Source: Podarcis gaigeae (Eukaryota). Taken from it: DNA of 64,000 nt. The stretch's first letter is position 1. The number at the start of each line of letters is the position of its first letter. Below are positions 1 to 9,506 of the stretch, piece after piece. The notes under the pieces are model-generated. The model saw nothing but the letters and a program-made list of their open reading frames with translations, did no database searches and was not told where the DNA came from. The translations under genes and the position numbers were made by a program. The stretch is from NCBI GenBank assembly GCA_964106915.2, contig OZ066930.1. One strand, written 5' to 3'.

Positions 1-1191
1 CTCCCAGAAGTGCAAGCTGGATTTAGAAGAGGCAGAGGAACCAGAGACCAAATTGCAAACATGCGCTGGATTATGGAGAAAGCTAGAGAGTTCCAGAAAG
101 ACATCTACTTCTGCTTCATTGACTATGCAAAAGCCTTTGACTGTGTCGACCACGGCAAACTATGGCAAGTTCTTAAAGAAATGGGAGTGCCAGATCACCT
201 CATCTGTCTCCTGAGAAATCTCTATGTGGGACAAGAAGCTACAGTTAGAACTGGATATGGAACAACTGATTGGTTCAAAATTGGGAAAGGAGTACGACAA
301 GGCTGTATTTTGTCTCCCTGCTTATTTAACTTATATGCAGAATTCATCATGAGAAAGGCTGGGCTGGATGAATCCCTAGCCGGAATTAAGATTGCCGGAA
401 GAAATATCAACAACCTCAGATATGCAGATGACACAACCTTGATGGCAGAAAGTGAGGAGGAATTAAAGAACCTTTTAATGAGGGTGAAAGAGGAGAGCGC
501 AAAATATGGTCTGAAGCTCAACATCAAAAAAACGAAGATCATGGCCACTGGTCCCATCATCTCCTGGCAAATAGAAGGGGAAGAAATGGAGGTAGTGAGA
601 GATTTTACTTTCTTGGGCTCAATGATCACTGCAGATGGTGACAGCAGCCATGAAATTAAAAGACGCCTGCTTCTTGGGAGAAGGGCAATGACAGGCCTAG
701 ATAGCATCTTGAGAAGTAGAGACATCACCTTGCCAACAAAGGTTCGTATAGTTAAAGCTATGGTTTTCCCAGTAGTGATGTATGGAAGTGAGAGCTGGAC
801 CATAAAGAAGGCTGATCGCCGAAGAATTGATGCTTTTGAATTATGGTGCTGGAGGAGACTCTTGAGAGTCCCATGGACTGCAAGAAGATCAAACCTCTCC
901 ATACTGAAGGAAATCAACCCTGAGTGCTCACTGGAAGGACAGATTGTGAAGCTGAGGCTCCAGTACTTTGGCCACCTCATGAGAAGAGAAGACTCCCTGG
1001 AGAAGACCCTGATGTTGGGAAAGATGGAGGGCACAAGGAGAAGGGGACGGCAGAGGACGAGATGGTTGGATAGTGTTTTCGAGGTTACCAGCATGAGTTT
1101 GACCAAACTGCGGAAGGCAGTGGAGGACAGAGGTGCCTGGCGTTCTCTGGTCCATGGGGTCACGAAGAGTCGGACACGACTAAACGACTAA
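1..1191 (+). CDS. BovB (RTE-clade LINE) ORF, 5'-partial: reverse transcriptase domain and C-terminus
   Basis: Frame is open from base 1 (LPEVQAGFRRGRGTRDQI). RT motifs FIDYAKAFD, GVRQGCILSP and LRYADDTTL are present, with the typical BovB ending HGVTKSRTRLND*. No stops or frameshifts. Confidence 0.95.
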   Translation, partial: LPEVQAGFRRGRGTRDQIANMRWIMEKAREFQKDIYFCFIDYAKAFDCVDHGKLWQVLKEMGVPDHLICLLRNLYVGQEATVRTGYGTTDWFKIGKGVRQGCILSPCLFNLYAEFIMRKAGLDESLAGIKIAGRNINNLRYADDTTLMAESEEELKNLLMRVKEESAKYGLKLNIKKTKIMATGPIISWQIEGEEMEVVRDFTFLGSMITADGDSSHEIKRRLLLGRRAMTGLDSILRSRDITLPTKVRIVKAMVFPVVMYGSESWTIKKADRRRIDAFELWCWRRLLRVPWTARRSNLSILKEINPECSLEGQIVKLRLQYFGHLMRREDSLEKTLMLGKMEGTRRRGRQRTRWLDSVFEVTSMSLTKLRKAVEDRGAWRSLVHGVTKSRTRLND

Positions 1192-1208
1192 ACAACAACA
1201 ACAACAAC
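1..1208 (+). mobile_element. BovB LINE, 3' portion, extends beyond the window start
   Basis: RT ORF followed by agtcggacacgact (3' stem-loop) and a (CAA)n tail at about 1191-1208. Confidence 0.95.
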
Positions 1209-1409
1209 ACAAAAGCTGAGGCTGCTGAAGAAGCCAGAGACCTGAAGAGGCCTTGGCTGTCTCAGGTCATCGAGCCTGCACTTCCACAATCGTCGTCCAC
1301 CATGAACCATCATTGGCAGGATTCCTAGCAACAGCATCAGATATGTTCTGTGCTTATGATAATATTTTATTCTCCTGTTAATTGTGCTGTTTTAAAGATG
1401 TTACATATC

Positions 1410-1610
1410 TTTAGGCACCAGGCCAAAACATTCCTGTTCTCCCAGGCCTTTGGCTAATTAAGCAATCATTGACCTTTTAAACTGGGTGGGTGAGTGTGGG
1501 TGTTATTGTTTGTTATTATTATGCATTTTGTGTTTTAATTGTAAACCACCCTGTGATCCTCGGATGAAGGGAGGTGTAGAAATTTAGTAAATAATAACAA
1601 TAATAACAAT
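1410..1610 (+). mobile_element. L2-like LINE 3' end fragment
   Basis: tttaggcaccaggccaaaacattcctgttctcccaggccttt (FRHQAKTFLFSQAF-like end), 3' stem-loop ccaccctg...gggaggt and an AAT-rich tail. Confidence 0.55.
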
Positions 1611-2281
1611 CCCCAAACTTCCTGCTCATATTGACAGCTTCACTAACAACTCTTCTCTCCTGTGCAGTGTTTGCCTTTTAGGTCTATTTCTGAATGTTTG
1701 ATTTGGAATGAAGGGGAGGGGCAATTTTTCTGTATTTTTTTGGGGGGGGGTTATTTGGTTATTTCTGTTTTTTATTTTGATTATGTTTTCTGTGTTTTTA
1801 TATTGTAATTTTATCCTGTGAACTGCCTTGAGACCTGCGGATATAGGGCAGTATATAAATGTAACAGTTAATAATAAATAATAAACAATGCATTTTGGGA
1901 GCACATGGGTCCCACAGAGTGCACACAGTTCATACCCATGGCTCAAAACAATGAACAAATCTTTGGATATGTGTACTGGTGTTGGCAGGGAGAAAGCACA
2001 GGCTGTTTCCTTTTTGGCTCTTTTGGGTTCTTGGCTGTAGCTGGAGCGAGGATCTGCAGGGCTCAAGTCATTATAAGAGATTTTCCTGCCATTTAGGTTT
2101 CAACTTTCTTCCATTCTACTATCTCCAGAACACCCTTAAGCTGCAGAACTCTTCCCAGGTTACAATTTTGCATGGCAGCTGAAAAACACTGGCCGTATTT
2201 GCTGGAAGCCCACGTAACAAGAAACCACTGGCACATAACCACTACTTTAAGTTGTAATGCACACCTCATTCTCTTCTGAAG

Positions 2282-2584
2282 CATAAGAATAGCTGCCATA
2301 TATGGAGTCAGACCATTGGTCCATCTAACTCAGTAGTGTCTACACCAGGGATAGTCAATGTGGTGCCCTCAGGCTGTTGTTGGACTACAAATCCCAGCAG
2401 CCCCAGCCAGGTATCGCCAATGGTCAGGGATGTGGCTACCCCTGGTCTACACTGACTGGCAACAATCACTCAGAGTTTAAGGCGGGCATTCTTTCCCAGC
2501 CCTAACTGGAGATGCTGGGGATCAAACCTGGGATCTTCTGTGTGCAAAGCAGATGCCTCTACCACTGAGCTACAGCCCTTCCCC
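2282..2584 (-). mobile_element. tRNA(Ala)-like-headed SINE (abundant squamate family, possibly Squam2), interrupted by a MITE
   Basis: Minus strand reads GGGCTGTAGCTCAGTGGTAGAG (A box) ... CCCAGGTTTGATCCCCAGCATCTCCA (B box). The body matches many other copies in the window. Confidence 0.8.
2346..2444. mobile_element. hAT-type MITE inserted in the SINE
   Basis: CAGGGATAG...CTACCCCTG termini with a perfect 8-bp TSD gtctacac (2338-2345 and 2445-2452). Confidence 0.85.
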
Positions 2585-3099
2585 ACACTATCTCTGCACA
2601 CAAAGAGAGTTCTGTAACCTGAGAGCTCACAGTCCACAATAGCTCATCAGCCTTGGTTTCTATTTCAGGACTACTGCCACCCAAGAGACTCATCGATTTA
2701 CTACTGTTCTTGTTCACCCAAGGATTTTAGATGCTTTCAATTAGTGCTGGGTTTGGTCTACTCTGCTGCTGTTTGCTGCTTCTCTCGGTTGATGATTTGA
2801 CAAATTTGTTTACTGTTTTATTTAATTGCTTGTTTATATAATTTATCTTATGTTGTAGCCTGCACAGGTATGGGTACTGATGAAGGGTGGCCTATAAACT
2901 TCTTAAGAAAACAAGAAATCATCAGCAAAGATTCTCCCTGCTCCTGGGTGGTCCTGAGGAAATAGTCATTCAGCAAAGAATGAAAAGGGCCATGCCACAT
3001 GCTACCAATAAAGACTCCAGTTTGACAACCACTAGAAATACAGTTGTGGCTCTCCCAACATGCTCTTGCCAACATGGCACCCTTCAGATGAAACTACAA

Positions 3100-3412
3100 C
3101 TGAGCTGAAGTCCAACAATGTTCTTGCTGCAGCCATTGTGGCTCATCAGGTCCCTGAGGTTTGGCTGGCCTTTACCAGGGGCCAAGCCTTTAGCGTGGCA
3201 GGCCGCGCCCTATGGAACTACCTGCCAGTGGAAGCTTGGCAGTTACTTTCTTTTAGATGTCTCCTAAAGACAGTGTTATTCAAACAGGCTTCCACAATGT
3301 GAATTTTCACCAATCAGTACCTACTGCTGTTTATATTGTCATTTTGTATGGTGTACACCACCTTGATGCATTTTTAAAAATGAAAGTGTGGTTTATAAAT
3401 ATTTCAATAAAT
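3100..3412 (+). mobile_element. L2 LINE 3' fragment (degenerate)
   Basis: Translates as AFSVAGRALWNYLP...SFRCLLKTVLFKQA, the typical L2 ORF2 C-terminus, followed by an AT-rich tail. Confidence 0.75.
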
Positions 3413-4815
3413 AACTTTCTCCCTGGTTGCTGCTCCTCCCAATCCAGCAGAAAGGAGAGCAGAAATAAACTACTCGCCATATGCTCTAGAGGGGCAAAAC
3501 AAAAATATAGCGTATCAGCTCTGCAAAAATAATCTCTGTCACTGAGCTACAAAAGAAAAAGAAGAAAAACAGAAATAAAGAGGCCACTCCTGATCTCTTG
3601 CTCGTACATGGCATCTCTCAACTTACATCCTTTTGAAAGAAATGTTTTGTTTTGTTGCCTTCCAAAGCAGTCCTGCAATCTGTCAACCAATTACGAGTGA
3701 CGCTTCAGCAACAAAAGTGTGGTGGATCCATTTACTTTCATACTGAAATAATGCAAATGAATCTGACTTTTGGCTCCAGTCCCGCTGCTTTCAAAGCTGG
3801 GACTCCGTGCATTTCCAATTCCTGCCCTTTCCTCTCCTCCCCCCCTCTGCGTTCCCCCTTCTGCTACAAAATGTCACCAATTTATTTTAGCCCGGGGGCC
3901 CATTTCGAGTTTTACCGCTAATATATGAGAAATGCATTTTTCAAGCTGTTACCACTTAACTGAACTGATATCAGCCACTCAGGGGACACAATATTGTTTA
4001 CACATCCTGCTCTATGGAATAAGTGCGGATGCCAAAATCTCTGCCTGGGCTCTGGAAGGAGACGTTTACTCTCTGTTTTATGAGATTTTCTCGATTTGTG
4101 GCTGTCTCAATGGTCGTAAAAACAGCTGTAAATCAAAAGAGCACAACAAAATTGCAATAACAACTGTCGAACCCAGCTCTAAAGAGCATAACTCCCAGCA
4201 ACAGAAGGTGGAAGACTTTCTGCTGATTTAATACCAGGTGTGAGGGAGTCCTCACAGGCCCCTGTACAGCACAGTGTATTGAATAACACCAAGCCTTATT
4301 TGCATGCCAAGAGACAATATCCTACACCACCACATGGCTCTCATATTGCCTCTCCTCATTTCCACGCTTGGGGCCGCCTCTTCGCCTCTTCTCCACTCAA
4401 TTTTCCATCACATAGGGCTTTCAAATACAGCGGAGAGTGCTTAAACAAATAACTGCTAAACACATAATGCTGTTTAAAGCATTAACAGGGTGAGGAGAGA
4501 AGCCAACCTAAAGTCCTCATAAAAAAAAAAACCTGGGACCTCTTGCTGTGCACCACGGTCAATAGTTTTAACAGATCGCTTCAGCCATTCATAGGAACAC
4601 GGCTTTTTCCCCTCAGAGGATATTTCTCTTCACGTCATCCTTGGGCACCCCTGTTCCTGCCATTCCCTCAGCCAGAGCCCTAAAACTCCTTTTGCCCCAC
4701 GACACACACATAATCATTAATCAAATCAGTCTCTTTGAAATCCCTTTTCAGTCTCTGGTGACCAGTCAGACACAAGCCTGCGCAAGCAAACATCCAACAA
4801 GGAATCAATGTGCGC

Positions 4816-5285
4816 TGTTACGTCCCAACCCTGTATCCAGGGGGATGCCCCCACAAGGACCACAATTCCTTCCCTCACTGAGAAAACTTAAGACAGGGTG
4901 TCTGGAGTCACCGCTCCTTCAGTCACCCTCCCCCTTTTCCTGATTGCTAACATTTAGGAGTCCTTCAGCAGTTTGGTGTACAGACAGGGCGGACCTAAAC
5001 AACAACACCGGCCAATCCAGCTGCAGGGTTTTCCAATCCAGCGGTTCACACCAGCTCCCCTAACCAATCCAGTTGCAGAATTTTGGAGGCGCTGGAGCAG
5101 AGCCAAGGACTAGAAAGTATATTAGTATATTAGTCATAGCAGTGTGAGTCTCCTTATTAAATTACTTTTTATAATAGAACCTTCCTTCCTTTTTTCCTCC
5201 CTCCCTCCTTTCCTTCCTTTTCACACCCCTATTCTCTGGCCACCTTCTTTCCCCTGGAAGTGCCTTTTCTTGAACCCGTGCAACA
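4816..5285 (+). mobile_element. Probable solo LTR (470 bp)
   Basis: Termini TGTTAC...GCAACA. GC box at 4987-4992, three CCAATCCAG boxes (5012, 5033, 5064), TATA-like run 5116-5134 and ATTAAA at 5156-5161. Flanks tgcgc/cacac are compatible with a CpG-decayed CGCGC TSD. Confidence 0.6.
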
Positions 5286-5356
5286 CACACACTCTCTCTC
5301 TCCTTCTCCTTCTCCTTCCTTCTTTTCCCTTACTGTCACTGGTTAGTCACTGACTA

Positions 5357-5582
5357 CAGTGGTACCTCGAGTTACATACGCTTCAGCTTACGTACGCTTC
5401 AGGTTACAAACTCCGCTAACCCAGAAATAGTACTTCAGGTTAAGAACTTTGCTTCAGGATGAGAACAGAAATCGTGCTCCGGTGGCACGGCGACAGCAGG
5501 AGGCCCCATTAGCTAAAGTGGTGCTTCAGGTTAAGAACAGTTTCAGGTTAAGAACGGACCTCCAGAACCCAAAGTACCACTG
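5357..5582. mobile_element. Tc1/mariner (Tigger/pogo-like) MITE
   Basis: TIR CAGTGGTAC...GTACCACTG with TA on both sides; internal TTCAGGTTA repeats; sister copy at 23026-23256. Confidence 0.9.
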
Positions 5583-5667
5583 TATTAGCTTCCCTTCTGC
5601 ACTCTCTCCAGAATTACCTTAGAAAGAGCCACCTGTTCTATATTTTTCCTCTTCCTCCCTCCCAAAT

Positions 5668-5900
5668 ACATGGGGAAGGGAACCTTAGGCCAGAGGGCTA
5701 AATGCGGCCCTCCAAGCCTTTCTGTCTGGCCCTTGAGACTCTCACTAGGCCACACTCCTCACCTGCTCACCTCCTCAGCCTCCTTTAGTGTTTCTACCTT
5801 GCTGGAATGTGTCCTTTCTCTGATAATGCTTCTTTGCTTGTCTAGACAGAGGACAGAGGTACAGTATTAAGAGTATGTGTAGAAACTAGTCTTCTGTACT
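5668..5900. mobile_element. hAT-like MITE fragment (family shared with 25099-25443 and 39100-39390)
   Basis: gggaaccttaggccagagggctaaatgcggccctcc...ggcccttgagactc...ggaatgtgtcc matches the reverse complement of the 25099-25443 copy. Confidence 0.55.
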
Positions 5901-6069
5901 CTCCCATTCCTCTCCTTGGGTGTACAGCAGTCCTAGCTTGTGGTTTTATTGTGCTTTAACTACCTTGTCCAAGTTAACCTCCAATTTTTATTTTTATTTG
6001 AGTGAGAGAAACAATCTAAGAGTCAAACTACATATTCAGGAAAGTCAAGTGATAATAAAATTGTTATTG

Positions 6070-6265
6070 ATCACCCTCCCTTCAGATGCCAAGGAGATAA
6101 AGAACTACATAACTTTTAGAAGGCTGCCCTGTATTGGGAAATTTTCAGTGTTTGATGTTTTACTATGTTTTATATACGCTGTAATCTGCACAGAGTGGTT
6201 GGGAAAACCCAGCCAGATGGGCAGGGTATAAATTAAATTAAATTAAAATAAAATAAAATTATTAT
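6070..6265 (+). mobile_element. L2 LINE 3' end
   Basis: LPSDAKEIKNYITFRR C-terminus; 3' end gagtggttgggaaaacccagccagatgggcagggtataaa is shared with 42700-42760, 36130-36180 (minus) and 47350-47400. Confidence 0.75.
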
Positions 6266-7562
6266 TGATACAACCGTACAAGAAATGTACAACTTCCAGC
6301 CTGCGGATGGATGATCTCTGAATGCTCCTTTCCAACACATGGTAAGGAGAGGTTAGCTCAGAGTCATTATCTTCTTCTTGTGATAACATTAAACAGTATA
6401 TGCAGGACTATATGTTCAATTGTGTTCAATATGCTCAATTGTGAGATTTCCCCACCTGCATTCTAAAAGACATATAGTCATATGATGGCTGTCCTGTGGG
6501 AAATTTCTGACAGTATAATCCCATCCATCAAAGCACAGGCAAAAAGAATCCAGAAAAACTGACTCCAGAACAACAGGGCTTCTTGTCCTCTCTTACCATT
6601 TTTATATTTCCAAAAAATTTAACCCCTTATTCCCCATCTTCAAAGAACTATTTTAAACATATTACTTCCAACCTTATTTCATTTTCTTTATAGAAAATTC
6701 TGCCAGGCTTGTTTTGCACTGTTGTCGTCACTGTTTACTCTTTTCTTGCTTGTTTTTCAACCTCATTGCTTGTAAATGAGCAATGTTTAATTGATTTAAT
6801 TACATTAAATCTATTGTAATGGACAGATGCAAACACACACACCAATAGCAATACAAATCTACATATGTAAATAGCCAGTGGATGGAAGGTCGTGTTGGCC
6901 CTATTCTTTTTTTTTTTAATAACTTTTCTCTATATAGCCAGACTAACAGTCCCCTTAATAAATCCTCATCTCCAGATGCTCTGCTGACACCATACTAGAA
7001 AAATAACTGAACAGAGAGGTGAGCCTCGTCTCCTTCACAGTCCCCCAAACCCAGGCTCAATCTCTCATCCAATATCCCCTTTCATCATTCATTTCATCCT
7101 ATTTCCCTTGCAGCTGTCATGATACCTAAAATGGGCAAACATTGCCTTTTCAGGCATGTGAACATAACACCTATAAGACAAGAGAAGGAAAACAATGGAA
7201 ACCATAATAAATAATTATAATTATTATAAAGCACTCTCAAGATACAACTATATTTGTAGCTGCTATTTATATATTCCCAGTGCTCACCCCATGCTACCAC
7301 ATGCAGCTAGCAACTCCCTCTGGGCAGGAATATCATCTTATGGAGATAATAAAGCTGTGTGCATGTTTATGGTGCAGCATCACAGCTTTTACAATTTTTG
7401 CCCTTTGATGCAGAGTTATCAAGTAAGGGTGACAGAAAGAAGGTGGAACTACTCAATACTTACTTTGCCTCTGTCTTCACCAAAAAGGAAAGCAGTGCCC
7501 AGCCTGGTGATAATAGAATAAATGATGCAAGGAGGGAGCTGCAGCCCATTACAGGAAAAGAA

Positions 7563-8155
7563 GTCGAAATAAACTAAAAAATTGTCTAGTAGCACCTTAG
7601 AGACGAACTAAGTTTGTTCTGGGCATAAGATTTGTGTGCATGCACAGATCTGAAGAAGTGTGCATGCACACAAAAGCTTATACCCAGAACAAACTTAGTT
7701 CGTCTCTAAGGTGCTAAAAAGGTAAAGGTAAAAGGACCCCTGACCATTAGGTCCAGTGGTGGATGACTCTGGGGTTGCGGCGCTCATCTCGCTTTACTGG
7801 CCAAGGGTGCCGGGGTACAGCTTCCGAGTCATGTGGCCAGCATGACTAAGCCGCTTCTGGTGAACCAGAGCAGCGCACGGAAACACTGTTTACCTTCCCA
7901 CCGGAGTGGTACCTATTTATCTACTTGCACTTTGTGCTTTCGAACTGCTAGGTTGGCAGGAGCAAGGACCGAGCAATAGGAGCTCACCCCGTCACGGGAA
8001 TTTGAACCGCCAACCTTCTGATTGGCAAGCCCTAGGCTCTGTAGTTTAACCCACGGCGCCACCCGCGTCCCTTCTCTAAGGTGCTACTGGACAATTATTT
8101 TATTTATTTATTTATTTTGACTGCGTCAGACCAACACAGCTACCTACCTGAATCT
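7563..8155. mobile_element. Penelope-like element remnant in inverted (fold-back) arrangement, containing a Sauria SINE
   Basis: 7563-7646 is the reverse complement of about 7659-7716 plus 8087-8121. The right arm matches 56876-57001. A 10-bp direct repeat flanks the insert. Confidence 0.8.
7717..8072 (-). mobile_element. Sauria SINE (Squam1), full length
   Basis: Minus strand starts GGGACGCGGGTGGCGCCGTGGG, has B box GGTTCAAATTCC and an (ACCTTT)n tail; 14-bp TSD tctctaaggtgcta at 7703-7716 and 8073-8086. Confidence 0.93.
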
Positions 8156-8506
8156 AGGAAAAGAACACTTAGCTACCTTAAACAAATTCAAATCTCCAGG
8201 GCCTGATGAGCTGCACTCTGGGACATTGCAGATGTAATCTCAGAGCCTCTGTCTATAATATTTGAGAATTCTTGGAGAATGGCAAATTTTTGTCTCCATC
8301 TTCAAAAAGGGGGAAACAGAAGACCCAAGGAGAAGACCAAGGTAACTATCAACCCAACAGCTTGACATCAATACCAGAAAAGGTCCTAGAACAGATAATT
8401 CAACAGTCGGTCTGTGTACACTTAGAAAAGGATGCTTCATTACTAAAAGACAGCATGGGTTTCTCAAAAACAAGTCATACCAGACGAATCTATTATTATT
8501 ATTATT

Positions 8507-8537
<31 letters not shown>

Positions 8538-9286
8538 GTGTGTTAGTTACAAGCTTGGTGTCCCAACAGGCAAAGTGACAACAAAGGCATAAATGGTGAC
8601 AGATTGCAGGATCAGGGAGGGCACTGACTTGGTGAGGGCTGTACAGCACTGGCAACAGAAGCCAGTTAAAATATGCCCTCCGATAAGATTCACTTCCACT
8701 GTTACTGCATTGACATTACAGTACTATCAAGCAAAGCTTCAACGCAACTGTAAATGCAATTCCAGTAGCCCACCCTGGCTAAATTAATGATGTTTGTGTG
8801 CTAAACAATACCACAGGTGGTGCCTGAGAGACCCAGTAATTACAGAGGTATCTTAGTAGCAGCAATTGCTTCAAAAAGTCTAAATTCTCCATTGCTGGTC
8901 TTTCGCTCTTGGGGACAACATTTTGTGGATAGGTGGCAGTCATATAACTATAAATACATGACTAACTTCAATAGCAACACTGACGGAGAAAAAATGCCAA
9001 TTGCCAACAGCGAAGTGTCTAGAAACATGTCTACAATATTTGCCCAGGAACCCTATTAAATGTAGTTTGCATGCTTTTGACCCTTTACTTCTCTCTTTTT
9101 ATACTGACATCATTTCAGAGTCCAGCAAGCTCTTGTGAGTCAGCAGCTAATAATTTTCCAGTTTTCAGCCTTACTTGAATTGTGTCCAGAGTACACAGAG
9201 AAGTGTGGCTTTGTCAAATGCTGGGTCAGATTTGAATCAAAATAATTTTAGTCTGAAGCAACATGTATTTGCTATTCGAGTCAATC

Positions 9287-9506
9287 GCTGTTGCTGTTGG
9301 CATCTATCCTGAGAGACAATGGAGTGTGCCTCTGGGGGTGAAGTCAAAGCACTGAGTTAGCAGCACTGAAGTGACCTACCCAGGGCACAAGCTTGGGCAG
9401 TGTGTATGGAGATCCTGGATTGTCCAGATGACACAACACCCTTCTCAGCCAGAAGGAGGCGTACAAGGTGCCATCCGACCATCTTAGGGACTCCACTCCA
9501 GATTTG
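9287..9506 (-). mobile_element. Probable RTE-derived non-autonomous retroposon fragment
   Basis: Minus strand ends TCCATTGTCTCTCAGGATAGATGCCAACAGCAACAG, which resembles RTE 3' ends with a CAA/CAG tail. Assignment is from recall only. Confidence 0.4.

Larger units (their letters stand above)
7425..8490 (+). mobile_element. Old CR1 LINE ORF2 fragment split by nested insertions (CR1 parts about 7425-7562 and 8156-8490)
   Basis: KVELLNTYFASVFTK before the insert; KSPGPDELH, ADVISEPL, IFKKG and GNYQPNSLTSIPEKVLEQII after it; aggaaaagaa is duplicated at 7553-7562 and 8156-8165. Confidence 0.9.

Noticed and set aside
222-1163. 313-aa antisense ORF over BovB (also 15094-15609 and 14998-15333)
   Set aside because: These are shadow frames of the LINE ORF. 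The frame is broken by a stop in the second copy and has no independent protein features.
2500-2584. tRNA-Ala-like sequences here and at other SINE heads
   Set aside because: They are degenerate and always joined to the same SINE body and tail, so they are SINE heads rather than tRNA genes.
8200-8220. CTGATGAG resembling a hammerhead core
   Set aside because: It is the GPDELH coding motif of CR1, with no stem II or GAAA partner.
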